A stretch of 60,201 bases of DNA from Clostridiales bacterium (GTDB lineage Bacteria > Bacillota > Clostridia > Saccharofermentanales > Saccharofermentanaceae): contig JAFWDK010000033.1 of NCBI GenBank assembly GCA_017513085.1, forward strand, positions 1-60,201, given 5' to 3'. Of the stretch, positions 20,754 to 31,048 are shown piece by piece. The notes beneath the pieces were generated by a model that was given only the letters and a program-made list of their open reading frames with translations, was not told the origin of the DNA and searched no databases. A program made the translations under genes and the position numbers. Each line of letters opens with the position of its first letter. Within the stretch, counting starts at the first letter, position 1.

Positions 20754-22310
20754 ATGAAAAAAATTATTGCAAGTGTACTGTGCTTCGCAATGGTAGCTGG
20801 CGTAGCTGGTTGTTCCAGTGATGAAACAACAAAGGCAACAACAGCTGGTACAACAGCAGGCACAACAGCTGCAGACACAACAGCAGCAGACACAACAGCA
20901 GCAGACACATCTGCTGAGGACACAACAGCAGCAGACACATCTGCTGAGGACACAACAACTGAGGATACAAAAGCTGAGGCTCCTGCTACTCAGACAACTG
21001 CTGAGGTTTCCTATGGTGAAGGTGATACTACAATCAAAGTATACGCTATGTCCAATGAGGTTCCGGTAGTTATGATGAGACTGTTCCTTGACAGCCATCC
21101 GGAAATGAAGAGCAAGTTCAAGATTGAAGCTATGTACTGCAACAACGATGGACAGGGCTACGAGACAAAGCTGAACGCAGCTCTCCAGGCTGGCGGTTCT
21201 ACAGCTCCGGACCTTTACGTTGCTGAGGCTGACTACATTCTCCCTTACACACAGGGTGATTTCTCTGCTTACGCTGCTCCGTATTCTGATTTCATCGAGA
21301 ACTTCGATCAGAAGTTTAAGGATGCTGAACTGTTCGACTATTCCGTAGACCTCGGTTCTAAGGATGGCAAGGTTATGGCTCTGAACTATCAGTGCACAGG
21401 TGGTGCTTTCATCTACAGAAGATCTATCGCTAAGGAAGTATTCGGTTCTGACGATCAGAAGACTGTTGAAGATGCAATCGGTGCTGGTACACAGAAGTGG
21501 GATAAGTTCTGGGAAGCTGCTGATAAGCTGAAAGAGAAGAACTACAAGATCGTTTCCGGTCTCGGTGACGTATGGAACGTTTCTGAGAAGGCTGCTCAGA
21601 CACCTTGGGTTGTTGACGGCAAGCTCCAGATCGACCCTGTAAGAGACGAGTACATCGATATCGCTAAGAAGCTCATCGATGGCGGTTACACAAATGATAC
21701 ATCTGCTTGGCAGCCGGCTTGGAACGCTGACATGAGAGATGAGGGCGATGCTAAGGTATTCGGTTGGTTCGGACCGGCTTGGTTGATCAACTACGTTATC
21801 GTTTCTCAGGCAGCTACACCTGAGAAGGGCTTCGGTGACTACGCAGTTTGCTCCCCGAACGTAGGCTTCTGGTGGGGCGGTTCTTGGCTCCTCGCTAACG
21901 CAGAGTCTGTCAAGGACGAAGCAAAGAAGGAATTCCTTGCTACATTCATCGAGTGGGTAACACTTGATACTTCTGATAAGGGCTTGCAGTACATCTGGGC
22001 TAACTGCCCGCAGTCTCTCATCGATGTTAAGACATCTATCGGTGAGACACCGGCTAAGGATACTGTTGCTTCTAAGAAGGTTATGGCTTCTGCTGACGGT
22101 AAGCTCGACTTCCTCGGCGGTCAGAATCCTCTCGACGTATTCACAAAGGCTACTGACTACGCTTCTTCCAAGTGCAAGTGCTTGTTCGATGCTGACCTGA
22201 ACGGAACATGGCAGGATCTCTGCAACCAGTACGCTCATGGTAAGATCACTAGAGACGAAGTTATTACTAAGTTCAAGGATGCTGCTGAGGCTCTGGACAT
22301 TGAAGTATAA
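20754..22310 (+). CDS. Carbohydrate ABC transporter substrate-binding lipoprotein
   Basis: Lipobox VAGC, Thr/Ala linker, APDLYVAEADY, GFWWGGSW; strongly biased codon usage. Confidence 0.9.
   Translation: MKKIIASVLCFAMVAGVAGCSSDETTKATTAGTTAGTTAADTTAADTTAADTSAEDTTAADTSAEDTTTEDTKAEAPATQTTAEVSYGEGDTTIKVYAMSNEVPVVMMRLFLDSHPEMKSKFKIEAMYCNNDGQGYETKLNAALQAGGSTAPDLYVAEADYILPYTQGDFSAYAAPYSDFIENFDQKFKDAELFDYSVDLGSKDGKVMALNYQCTGGAFIYRRSIAKEVFGSDDQKTVEDAIGAGTQKWDKFWEAADKLKEKNYKIVSGLGDVWNVSEKAAQTPWVVDGKLQIDPVRDEYIDIAKKLIDGGYTNDTSAWQPAWNADMRDEGDAKVFGWFGPAWLINYVIVSQAATPEKGFGDYAVCSPNVGFWWGGSWLLANAESVKDEAKKEFLATFIEWVTLDTSDKGLQYIWANCPQSLIDVKTSIGETPAKDTVASKKVMASADGKLDFLGGQNPLDVFTKATDYASSKCKCLFDADLNGTWQDLCNQYAHGKITRDEVITKFKDAAEALDIEV
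20837..20967 (+). repeat. In-frame 15/30-bp tandem repeats encoding the TTAAD/TSAED linker
   Basis: Repeated ACAACAGCAGCAGAC and ACATCTGCTGAGGAC units. Confidence 0.85.
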
Positions 22311-22350
22311 TCTGAGTTTCACTTTAGATCATATAAAGTAATTTAAAGAT

Positions 22351-22387
22351 TCGAGGCGGACGAAAGATATTTCGCCGCCTCGTTTCT
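22351..22387 (+). terminator. Intra-operon stem-loop after the binding-protein gene (attenuator or mRNA stabiliser)
   Basis: CGAGGCGG..CGAAA / TTTCG.CCGCCTCG hairpin. Confidence 0.6.
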
Positions 22388-22408
22388 TATTATCTAAATG
22401 AGTGAACG

Positions 22409-23407
22409 GTGGTGTTAATTTTGGAAAAAAAGAAGCTCGTTAATTATTCAAAATTCGGTTACCTGTTTGCTATTCCTTTCTTTCTTACTTTCCTAGTATT
22501 TACTTTGTATCCGATCTGCTACACGCTTTTACTCGGATTTACGAATCAGGAGGGTGCTATTCCTCCAAAGCTCAAGATACTGAAAGATCCTCTCGATAAC
22601 TTCAAGTATCTCTTCAAGAAGAGAAGTTCCGGCTCCATGAGCTTCTTCTTAGAGTCGTTAATTACTACAGCAAGAATTTGGATAGTAAACTTTATACCAC
22701 AGATCTGCTTGGCACTTCTTCTTTCTGCATGGTTCACAGATAACCGTGTTAAAGTTAAAGGCCAGGGATTTTTTAAGGTTGTATTCTATCTGCCGAACAT
22801 TATCACAGCGGCTACGATCGCTATCTTGTTCAACACATTGTTTGCATACCCGAAGGGCCCGATCAATGACCTTCTGACAAGTATGAAGATCTTGAAGCAG
22901 CCATTCAACTTCGTTTTGAGTAAGACTGCAACAAGAGCAATTGTTGAATTTATCCAGTGCTGGCAATGGTATGGTTCTACCATGATCACATTGATCGCTG
23001 CAGTTATCGGTATCAACCCTGAGATCTTCGAAGCGGCTGAAATCGATGGCGCAAACAGATGGAGAAAGTTCTGGAATATTACTCTCCCAAGTGTTCGACC
23101 AATCATGTTGTTCACATTGGTTACCAGCTTGATCGGTGGTTTGTCCATGTTCGATATCCCGCAGTTGTTCGCAACAGGTGGTCCGGACAGAGCGACAACG
23201 ACTATTGCAATCTATATCTACAATACGGCTATGAAGAAACCGTATAAGTACAATAGAGCTGCAGCAGCTAGTATTCTCTTGTTCTTCATTATCATTTTCT
23301 TCTCTGCTTTGCTGTTCTACTTCATGCGTGATAAGGATGCAGCTAAGCTCAGAAAGCTTAAGAAACAAGAATTGAAAAATGCTAAATTAGCAGGAAAGGG
23401 GGCGTAA
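22409..23407 (+). CDS. Carbohydrate ABC permease (MalF-like)
   Basis: EAA motif FEAAEIDGANRWRKFWNITLP; multiple transmembrane helices. Confidence 0.92.
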   Translation: MVLILEKKKLVNYSKFGYLFAIPFFLTFLVFTLYPICYTLLLGFTNQEGAIPPKLKILKDPLDNFKYLFKKRSSGSMSFFLESLITTARIWIVNFIPQICLALLLSAWFTDNRVKVKGQGFFKVVFYLPNIITAATIAILFNTLFAYPKGPINDLLTSMKILKQPFNFVLSKTATRAIVEFIQCWQWYGSTMITLIAAVIGINPEIFEAAEIDGANRWRKFWNITLPSVRPIMLFTLVTSLIGGLSMFDIPQLFATGGPDRATTTIAIYIYNTAMKKPYKYNRAAAASILLFFIIIFFSALLFYFMRDKDAAKLRKLKKQELKNAKLAGKGA

Positions 23408-23410
23408 TCA

Positions 23411-24307
23411 ATGGCTACTAATGAAGAAGTAATGTCTACCAAAAAACCTGAAGTAGCAATGCGCTCCAGAAAAACAGATTCCATCATTTTCAAGACGATC
23501 ATCTACATTGTATGTGTGATCCTTTCACTCTTGAGTCTTTTCCCGTTTGTCTGCATGTTGATCAACTCTACAAGATCTTCTGCATCTATCATGGCAAACG
23601 CTGTTGCATTGATTCCTGGTAAGGAAATGATGCACAACCTGAAGACCTTGAACAGAATGGAAACATTTAATGCTCTGACCGGTTTGAAGAACTCTTTCAT
23701 CATTTCTGCAGGTGTTACGGTTCTGTCTGTATACTTCTCCTGCCTTACCGCATATGCGATCCATGCATATGACTGGAAGCTGAAGAAAGCTTTCTTCGGT
23801 TTGATCATGGGTATCATGATGCTCCCGGGTACAGTTACTATGATCGGTTTCTACCGTACCTGTTATCAGTTGCATCTGACAGATAACAAGCTCATGCTTA
23901 TCCTGCCTGCTATCGCGTCTTCGCAGATGGTATTCTTTATGAAGCAGTACCTGGAAGGTGCTCTGTCGATGGAAATCGTCGAATCCGCCCGTATCGATGG
24001 TGCGAGTGAGTTCCGTACATTCAACACGATCATCCTTCCTATCATGAAGCCGGCTATGGCCACCCAGGCAATCTTCGCTTTCGTAGGTTCCTGGAACAAC
24101 TTCTTCCTCCCGTTGATCCTTTTCAACAAGACGAAGAACTACACCATGCCGATCATGGTATCCTTGCTGAATGGTGATATTTACAGAAGAGAATATGGAT
24201 GCGTCTATATGGGACTTTCCGCAACCGCTCTTCCGTTGATCGTCGTTTACCTGTGCTTGTCCAAGTACATCGTAAGTGGTATTGCACTTGGTAGTGTTAA
24301 GGGTTGA
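23411..24307 (+). CDS. Carbohydrate ABC permease (MalG-like)
   Basis: VESARIDGASEFRTF, WNNFFLPLI, C-terminal GSVKG. Confidence 0.92.
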   Translation: MATNEEVMSTKKPEVAMRSRKTDSIIFKTIIYIVCVILSLLSLFPFVCMLINSTRSSASIMANAVALIPGKEMMHNLKTLNRMETFNALTGLKNSFIISAGVTVLSVYFSCLTAYAIHAYDWKLKKAFFGLIMGIMMLPGTVTMIGFYRTCYQLHLTDNKLMLILPAIASSQMVFFMKQYLEGALSMEIVESARIDGASEFRTFNTIILPIMKPAMATQAIFAFVGSWNNFFLPLILFNKTKNYTMPIMVSLLNGDIYRREYGCVYMGLSATALPLIVVYLCLSKYIVSGIALGSVKG

Positions 24308-24366
24308 TCCCCGAAACAGTTTTTCGTAAGATTTTTTAACCGAAAAAGTTTGAATATTTACGGCAG

Positions 24367-24403
24367 AAAGCGCCTGGCTACAGAGATGAAGCCAGGCGCT
24401 TTT
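24367..24403. terminator. Bidirectional terminator
   Basis: AAAGCGCCTGGCT / AGCCAGGCGCTTT hairpin. Confidence 0.8.
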
Positions 24404-24444
24404 GTAGTGCAAATAAAGATAAGGAATTGATTAATGCAAATGGA

Positions 24445-25458
24445 TCAAAGATCGGTAAAGCTTTCTTCCGGTTCGGCAAGGATCGCCTCGTGTGCGCTCT
24501 TGAGATCCGCTTTCTTCATGCGGTACTGGGAGGGCGTAAGGCCAGTTACATTTTTGAAGCTTCGCGTGAAACTTGTCAGATTATTGAACCCGGATTGGAA
24601 AGCAATCTCGGTGACCGTCTTGTTGGTGTCGGCAAGAAGCAATTTGGCAGCCTGCATACGCCGATGCAAAAGGTAATCATAGAAAGTGGCATCAGTATAG
24701 TCCTTGAAGAGACGCGCGAAGTGGTACTTGGAAAAACCGACATAATCCGCGGCCCACTCCATGGAAATCTCATCCATAAAATGCGAATTGATGTGATTGA
24801 TCAGTGCTTTGAACTTAGCGTAACGATCCTTACGTTTGTCGTCTTCCGTGCGGACAGGATTGAACTGAGGACTGACAGAGGCGAGTAAGCTGAAGGCCTT
24901 CAGTAGTTTGGAATAGATCGCCATCTCCAGTACCATGTTTTCATACATGAAATACTGATCGTTCATTTCCATAAACAGCGCGTAGATCTGACCGTATAAG
25001 TTCGGATAGGCTGTCCCGTTCAATATGTGTGGTTCTTTGAGATAATCGGCCAGAAATTGATATTCATAAAGATGAGTCAAAAACGAAACATCGAACAGAT
25101 AAATGAACCGGCAGCCTTCGTTTTCGCACTCGATCTCGTGCAGAAGTCCCGGGGGAATGAAAAAGATATCCCCCGGCACGATTGTATATGACTTGCCGGA
25201 AATGATGTACTTGTAGTCGTTCTCGATCGGTATGCAGATCTCGAGCGCAAGATGCTTGTGTGGAGCATAGCTTCGAAGCTTATTGTTGTACAATATGCGG
25301 ATGCTGGTTTCCGGAACATAATCGACGTCTTCTTCCTGACCGGAAAGCACTCTTCGCGTGAATTGCTTGACCGGTTGCTGGTAGATGATCGGCGTGGATT
25401 CGTCATAATCATCATGAGGAGTGCCGAGGTTGGTTATTTCATCGTTCATGGTAATCAC
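24445..25458 (-). CDS. AraC family regulator with cupin sensor domain
   Basis: PHKHLALEI...FFIPPGLLH cupin; AADYVGFSKYHFARLFK and EIAFQSGFNNLTSFTRSFK helix-turn-helix motifs. Confidence 0.92.
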   Translation of the reverse strand: MITMNDEITNLGTPHDDYDESTPIIYQQPVKQFTRRVLSGQEEDVDYVPETSIRILYNNKLRSYAPHKHLALEICIPIENDYKYIISGKSYTIVPGDIFFIPPGLLHEIECENEGCRFIYLFDVSFLTHLYEYQFLADYLKEPHILNGTAYPNLYGQIYALFMEMNDQYFMYENMVLEMAIYSKLLKAFSLLASVSPQFNPVRTEDDKRKDRYAKFKALINHINSHFMDEISMEWAADYVGFSKYHFARLFKDYTDATFYDYLLHRRMQAAKLLLADTNKTVTEIAFQSGFNNLTSFTRSFKNVTGLTPSQYRMKKADLKSAHEAILAEPEESFTDL

Positions 25459-25496
25459 TTTCTTTTAAGTCAAAATCTTCTACAAGTATAGCAAAT

Positions 25497-26393
25497 TCAG
25501 TCAAAATCGGGAATAAAACTTTCGCTTACGGTTCCTGATTCCTGGGTATAGGCATTTTCCTGACCGAGGAGAGAAAGGTAATCGATCATTGACGCATAGT
25601 GCTTGGGAGAAAGTGGTTTGCTGAGCTCGGAAGGAACTCCGGGCATGGGCGTGTATTGATTCATGAGGCTGATCGTGATCTGATTTCCGTAGTTTTCAGA
25701 AAGGTGATCGAGGAGGTGCTTCGTGTCGAAAAGAAGCCCCGGCAGCATGAGGTGACGGACGATCACGCCCTTTTGCATGATCCCGTCCTTGTCGAAGATC
25801 TGCTCGGGAACCTGACGGACCATTTCCGCAATCGCCTCTTTGGCGCGGGCAAAGTAATCTTTGGCGTGAGCATATCGACTACTGATTTCTTCGGAAAAGA
25901 ACTTCATGTCCGGGAGATAGATATCGACGATGCCCTCAAGTTTTTGCAGTGTTTCGACAGACTCGTAACCACCGCAATTATAAAGGATCGGGAGGTGAAG
26001 TCCTTGCGCTCTGGCGAGATGGACGGCGTCCACGATGTGAGGAACGTAATGGGTTCCGGTGACGAGATTTATGTTATGTGCACCTTGATCCTGAAGGGAA
26101 AGCATAGCGGCGGATAACTCTTCGATCGAGTAGACTTTGCCGGGTAGAGTTCTGGTGCTGATCTGCTGATTCTGGCAAAAGATACAACCCAGGTTGCAAC
26201 CGGTAAAGAAGATCGTACCGGATCCTCGAGTGCCGGAAAGGCAGGGTTCTTCCCACAGATGAAGACCGACCCTCGCGATCCGGAGTTCGGAGGTCATTCT
26301 ACAGAAACCGAGCTGTCCGGCATTACGGTTCACACCGCAACGACGAGGACAGAGAAGACAATGATCCAGTTCCGGGAATAAGTGCTTTTCCAC
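25497..26393 (-). CDS. Radical SAM protein, PflX-like
   Basis: CLLCPRRCGVNR, WEEPCLSG, CxxxCxxC (CNLGCIFC), DIYLPDMKF. Confidence 0.88.
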   Translation of the reverse strand: MEKHLFPELDHCLLCPRRCGVNRNAGQLGFCRMTSELRIARVGLHLWEEPCLSGTRGSGTIFFTGCNLGCIFCQNQQISTRTLPGKVYSIEELSAAMLSLQDQGAHNINLVTGTHYVPHIVDAVHLARAQGLHLPILYNCGGYESVETLQKLEGIVDIYLPDMKFFSEEISSRYAHAKDYFARAKEAIAEMVRQVPEQIFDKDGIMQKGVIVRHLMLPGLLFDTKHLLDHLSENYGNQITISLMNQYTPMPGVPSELSKPLSPKHYASMIDYLSLLGQENAYTQESGTVSESFIPDFD

Positions 26394-26496
26394 TAAAAAG
26401 AAGTTCCTTTGCGTTCATTTCTTATCAGTATATCGCATTGACAGGAAAAAGACTCATAAAATACAATGTTCTCGGAAAGAAAGCAGGTGATGTCGC

Positions 26497-27891
26497 GTGA
26501 TAGGTTCCCGCCATGAAGAATGCGGTGTTTTCGGTATTTATGATCGCGAGGGGTTGAAGATCGCCCCGTTGGTATACTACGGACTTTTTGCTCTGCAGCA
26601 CAGAGGTCAGGAGAGCTGCGGCATTGCTATCAATAACGACGGATGGATCCGTTGTCATAAGAATATGGGCCTTGTTTCCGAGGTCTTTACCCACGATGTG
26701 ATCGATTCTCTGGAAGGAACGATCGCAATCGGACATGTGCGTTATTCCACAACAGGAGCAAGCATCCTGAAAAATACTCAACCGCTGGTTACCCAGTATG
26801 TGAAGGGCACGCTTTCGCTGGCGCATAACGGAAATCTGACGAATGCTATCACGTTGCGCCGTGAACTCGAGGAGGAAGGCGCGTTCTTCCAAACGACGGT
26901 TGATTCTGAAATCGTCGCCTATCTTGTGGCGAAAGAACGTACAAAGACACACTCCGTGGAAGCAGCGGTAGAGAAAGCTATGGAGCGAATCCAGGGCGGA
27001 TATGCGCTTCTGGTCATGAGCCCGAAGAAACTGATCGCCGCGCGTGACCCTTACGGTTTTAAACCGCTTTGCATGGGACGGATCGGGAATTCCCATGTTT
27101 TCGCATCCGAGACCTGCGCACTGGATGCTGTAGGCGCCGAGTATGAGCGTGATATCGAGCCGGGTGAGATCGTCGTTTGTGATGAGAACGGTCTTCGTTC
27201 GATCCGTACGCATTGCCGTGGTATCTGTAAGATGTGTATCTTCGAGTATATTTACTTTGCCCGTCCGGACAGCCGGATCGATGGCAAGAGTGTCTATGAA
27301 GCAAGACTTCAGGCGGGGCGTCTTCTTGCCCGCCAACATCCTGTCGAAGCGGACGTCGTCATCGGCGTACCGGAATCCGGACTGGACGCGGCAAGTGGGT
27401 TTGGAGAAGAAGCGGGAATTCCTGTTGTACGTGGCTTTATGAAAAATACCTATATTGGCAGGACCTTTATCAAGCCGGCGCAGGATCAGCGTCAGGAGGC
27501 CGTAAGGATCAAACTGAACCCGGTGGCTGAGGCGGTAAAGGGAAAACGTGTCGTTCTGATCGATGACTCGATCGTCCGTGGCACAACAATGGCCAATATC
27601 GTTCGTATGCTTCGGGAAGCCGGAGCGACTGCGGTGCATGTGCGTATAAGTTCACCGCCGTTTGTTTCCCCGTGTTACTATGGCACGGATGTCCCAAGTA
27701 AAGATCTGCTGATCGCGTGCCAGCATACGATCCCGGAGATCTGTGAGATCCTTGGCGCAGATTCGCTTGGATATCTGGAAGTAGATTCGCTGGGCGAACT
27801 GATCGGAGACAAGGACCATTCCTTTTGCGATGCTTGCTTTACCGGTGATTATCCGAATTATGAGACCGGCATCGATATGATGGAGGAGTAG
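26497..27891 (+). CDS. purF: Amidophosphoribosyltransferase
   Basis: HEECGVFG, ALQHRGQESCG, GHVRYST, VLIDDSIVRGTT, CDACFTGDYP. Confidence 0.96.
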   Translation: MIGSRHEECGVFGIYDREGLKIAPLVYYGLFALQHRGQESCGIAINNDGWIRCHKNMGLVSEVFTHDVIDSLEGTIAIGHVRYSTTGASILKNTQPLVTQYVKGTLSLAHNGNLTNAITLRRELEEEGAFFQTTVDSEIVAYLVAKERTKTHSVEAAVEKAMERIQGGYALLVMSPKKLIAARDPYGFKPLCMGRIGNSHVFASETCALDAVGAEYERDIEPGEIVVCDENGLRSIRTHCRGICKMCIFEYIYFARPDSRIDGKSVYEARLQAGRLLARQHPVEADVVIGVPESGLDAASGFGEEAGIPVVRGFMKNTYIGRTFIKPAQDQRQEAVRIKLNPVAEAVKGKRVVLIDDSIVRGTTMANIVRMLREAGATAVHVRISSPPFVSPCYYGTDVPSKDLLIACQHTIPEICEILGADSLGYLEVDSLGELIGDKDHSFCDACFTGDYPNYETGIDMMEE

Positions 27892-27895
27892 AAGA

Positions 27896-29038
27896 ATGAT
27901 TTCTGCAGTGATTTTTGATATGGATGGCGTCCTTTTGGATAGTGAACCATACCATGACCAGACCACCACATCGATCCTGGAAAGCTACGGCGCCAAGGGC
28001 GCATATGAAGCGATCCGGCCATATGTGGGCCGTTCCTCGCAGGACCTGTGGACAGCCATGAAAGCAAAGTACGACATCAATGCTTCAGTGGAGGATCTGA
28101 TCGAACTGCAGTGGAAGAAGAACGTAGCGGGATTGAAGGATTCCGGATTGGAGCGTTCGGAGGGGCTGACGGAACTATTGAATTTCTGTCATGAAAGAGG
28201 GATCAAAGTTGCCGTGGCGTCTTCCTCACGACAGGATTTTGTCGAGGCGGTATTTGACCATCTGAATCTCTGGCAGTATGTGGAAGTTTTTGCCAGTGGT
28301 GCAGAAGTCGAGCATGGTAAGCCGATGCCGGATATTTTTCTTCTGGCAGCAACGAGACTGGATATCGATCCGGAACGGTGCATGGTAGTCGAGGATTCCA
28401 CGGCAGGCGTGCAGGCAGGAAGAATGGCCGGCATGTACACGATCGGATATGAGAATCCGACCAGCGGTGGGCAGAATGTCAGCGCAGCAGATGTGGTAGT
28501 GAAAAAACTTTCCGAGATCCCACCGATCATTGAGAAACTTTCTACGGTGAAGGTGCTTCCGGTCAATTCCCCTACAAGAAAGATGGCGGTCGTCTCTCTG
28601 GCTCAGATCATCTGGAACGAGTGGTTTCCGGCGATCATTTCACAGGAACAGATCAACTATATGGTGGAGAAATTCCAGAGTATGCCGGCGATCGATGAGG
28701 CCATCGAAAAGAAAGGTTACGAGTATTTCCTTCTGATCCTAGGCGATACACCGATCGGTTATATGGGCGTCGTCCCGGACGAAGATGCGCTTTTGCTTTC
28801 AAAATTGTATCTCATGAAACCGTTCCGCGGACAGCGCCGGAGCAATATCCTGTTCGATAAGGCAGAAGAAGTGGCGAAAGAGAAGGGCTTTCATAAAGTT
28901 CGCCTCTTCGTCAATCGCCACAACTACAATTCGATCCGCGTCTATCTTCGTAAAGGATACCGTATCATCGAAGAGAAGAAGACCGACATCGGTGAAGGCT
29001 TCGTCTGCGATGATTTCATGATGGAAAAAGAACTCTGA
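27896..29038 (+). CDS. HAD-family phosphatase (beta-PGM/CbbY-like) fused to a GNAT acetyltransferase
   Basis: IFDMDGVL, KPMPDIF, VVEDS in the N-terminal part; LLSKLYLMKPFRGQ...LFVNRHNYNSIRVY GNAT motifs in the C-terminal part. Confidence 0.85.
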   Translation: MISAVIFDMDGVLLDSEPYHDQTTTSILESYGAKGAYEAIRPYVGRSSQDLWTAMKAKYDINASVEDLIELQWKKNVAGLKDSGLERSEGLTELLNFCHERGIKVAVASSSRQDFVEAVFDHLNLWQYVEVFASGAEVEHGKPMPDIFLLAATRLDIDPERCMVVEDSTAGVQAGRMAGMYTIGYENPTSGGQNVSAADVVVKKLSEIPPIIEKLSTVKVLPVNSPTRKMAVVSLAQIIWNEWFPAIISQEQINYMVEKFQSMPAIDEAIEKKGYEYFLLILGDTPIGYMGVVPDEDALLLSKLYLMKPFRGQRRSNILFDKAEEVAKEKGFHKVRLFVNRHNYNSIRVYLRKGYRIIEEKKTDIGEGFVCDDFMMEKEL

Positions 29039-29065
29039 CCTTGATCAAAGCGAGAAAATCTTTGT

Positions 29066-31048
29066 TTATCTGATCTTGAGCAGGCATTTTCCTGTTCGAC
29101 CGTCCTCAGCCCGGAAGTGCAGCCAGGTGTTACCGGACGAAAGTCCAGTGACCAGACCATTTTGGTCTACTTGGGCAATAGATGTATTGCCTACCCACCA
29201 GGTTGCGGTGGAATCTTGGGGATCATAAAGCTCGAATTGGAAACTGCTTCCGACTTTGATGGTTTTTTCCGTATATCGAACTGATGCTGTAGCTGCAGGA
29301 ATAACGCGCAGAAGACATTTGACTTGCTGCTCGCCGGGGAGCGTCGCATATAGCCAGGTATTTCCGACAGAAATGCCTTCGATTATACCACCTTTGAGCA
29401 CACCATTTCCCACTGTGGCGACGGAACTGTTTCCGGTCCGCCAGATTACTTCGAGATTGCCGGTATTGGCGCAGTAAAGCTGGTATTGGGTTCCCACGTT
29501 TACGGTTTTTTCTGTGATACGCTTACCGCAGAAAGTGATCGCAATTGCTCCTGCACGGACCTTCAAGATGCATTGGGCCCTTCTGCCATCGGAAGATGTT
29601 ACATATAACCAGGTGTTGCCGACCCGACGTCCCGTAATATTTCCGGAACCGTCTACGGTAGCAATGCTCTTGTTTCCTACGGACCATGTGAGTTCCTGAC
29701 CGTTGGCATTTTCGGCTTCCATCCGGAAAGTATCGCCTACATTCAGCCACTTTTCAGCGGGGAGCGTGAGGGCAGAAGTGTCGGAAATCATAAGAAGACA
29801 CTTTGCTTCCCGATTATCAAGTGTTGTGGCATAAAGCCAAGTATTGCCCTGTGATTTAGCTGTGACGACACCATTCTGATCGACACTTGCTTTGTCAGTG
29901 TTTCCGGTACGCCATTTGACTGCTTCTGCTTCAGCGCCGGTGAAGGAAATCTGCTTTGTCTGTCCGACCTCAAGGCTTAGACGTGAATCGGCAAGGAGAA
30001 ATTCGGGATAGGTGTCTTCTCCGTGTTGTCCACAGATCGTACAAATGCCGTTGGAAAAGTGATGGACACGTCGCCAAGTAAGATTTCCGCCGGCTGTTCG
30101 CATTGCGGAAGCCGTCCAGGAAGCATCATTGCATGGGAAAGTGGCTGTTGCCGTTACATAACAGAAAGAGGCCTTGTATTGCGGTTCGGAAGTCTCAAAA
30201 AATGATGGTGCTGAGCCAAGAAAGTGTATTTCTGTTAATGACCTGCATTCGAAAGCTCGGGCGCCAATCGTTGTGACGTGCGAAGGGATCGTAACGCTGA
30301 GCAAGGGGCAAATATCGAATGCGTCATTACCTATAACTTCTAGAGAAGAAGGAAGTGTGACTTCGGAGAGTTTGCTGCAAGCGGCAAAAGCAAGATTCCC
30401 GATTGTTTTGATCGAATCCGGAAGTGTTACCCGGGAAAGATTATTACAATTCGCAAAAGCATGATCCGGAATTGCATCCGTCCACGCAAATTCGTAGTCA
30501 TAACCATCGCCGATCGGACCTGCGCTGGTTACAGCCACGTTATGGAATGCACTATGGCCGATCGTTGTATCTTTGTTCGGAATTTTTATCTTGCGCAGTG
30601 CCCTGCATTCATCAAAAGTGAGAGATCCTATGGAAGTCAGACTTTCAGGAAAAACCACGGACGTAAGTGACCGGCAGTAGTAGAATGCCTGGTCACCGAT
30701 ATCGGTCAAACCGGATGGAAATGAAACGGAAGTGAGGTTTTCGCAATAGTAGAAGGCATATTGGCTGATCTGCGTGACACCTTGTCCCAGAATGACCTTC
30801 TTGATCTGCTCGCGTTGGGAACCCCAGGGAACGGGAACCGTGGGAGGCTGGAACTTGGTCATGGGACCGGTTCCACTGATGCGGAGTGTTCCTTCATCAT
30901 CGAGTTCCCAGGTCAGGTTTTCACCACAAGTCCCGGAACCGACAGTATTTGCAGATACATTATCTCGAGTAAGCGGAAATATGAGGCAGACCGCTAATGC
31001 ACAAGCAACGATGATAGATAGCGGACGCATGGCTTTATATGATTTCAT
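29066..31048 (-). CDS. BspA-like leucine-rich-repeat surface protein with four C-terminal Big_2-like repeats
   Basis: Signal peptide, GTCGENLTWEL cap, (LV)TxIGxxAFxxCxxL repeats, WxVGNxSIAxVD repeats. Confidence 0.88.
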   Translation of the reverse strand: MKSYKAMRPLSIIVACALAVCLIFPLTRDNVSANTVGSGTCGENLTWELDDEGTLRISGTGPMTKFQPPTVPVPWGSQREQIKKVILGQGVTQISQYAFYYCENLTSVSFPSGLTDIGDQAFYYCRSLTSVVFPESLTSIGSLTFDECRALRKIKIPNKDTTIGHSAFHNVAVTSAGPIGDGYDYEFAWTDAIPDHAFANCNNLSRVTLPDSIKTIGNLAFAACSKLSEVTLPSSLEVIGNDAFDICPLLSVTIPSHVTTIGARAFECRSLTEIHFLGSAPSFFETSEPQYKASFCYVTATATFPCNDASWTASAMRTAGGNLTWRRVHHFSNGICTICGQHGEDTYPEFLLADSRLSLEVGQTKQISFTGAEAEAVKWRTGNTDKASVDQNGVVTAKSQGNTWLYATTLDNREAKCLLMISDTSALTLPAEKWLNVGDTFRMEAENANGQELTWSVGNKSIATVDGSGNITGRRVGNTWLYVTSSDGRRAQCILKVRAGAIAITFCGKRITEKTVNVGTQYQLYCANTGNLEVIWRTGNSSVATVGNGVLKGGIIEGISVGNTWLYATLPGEQQVKCLLRVIPAATASVRYTEKTIKVGSSFQFELYDPQDSTATWWVGNTSIAQVDQNGLVTGLSSGNTWLHFRAEDGRTGKCLLKIR

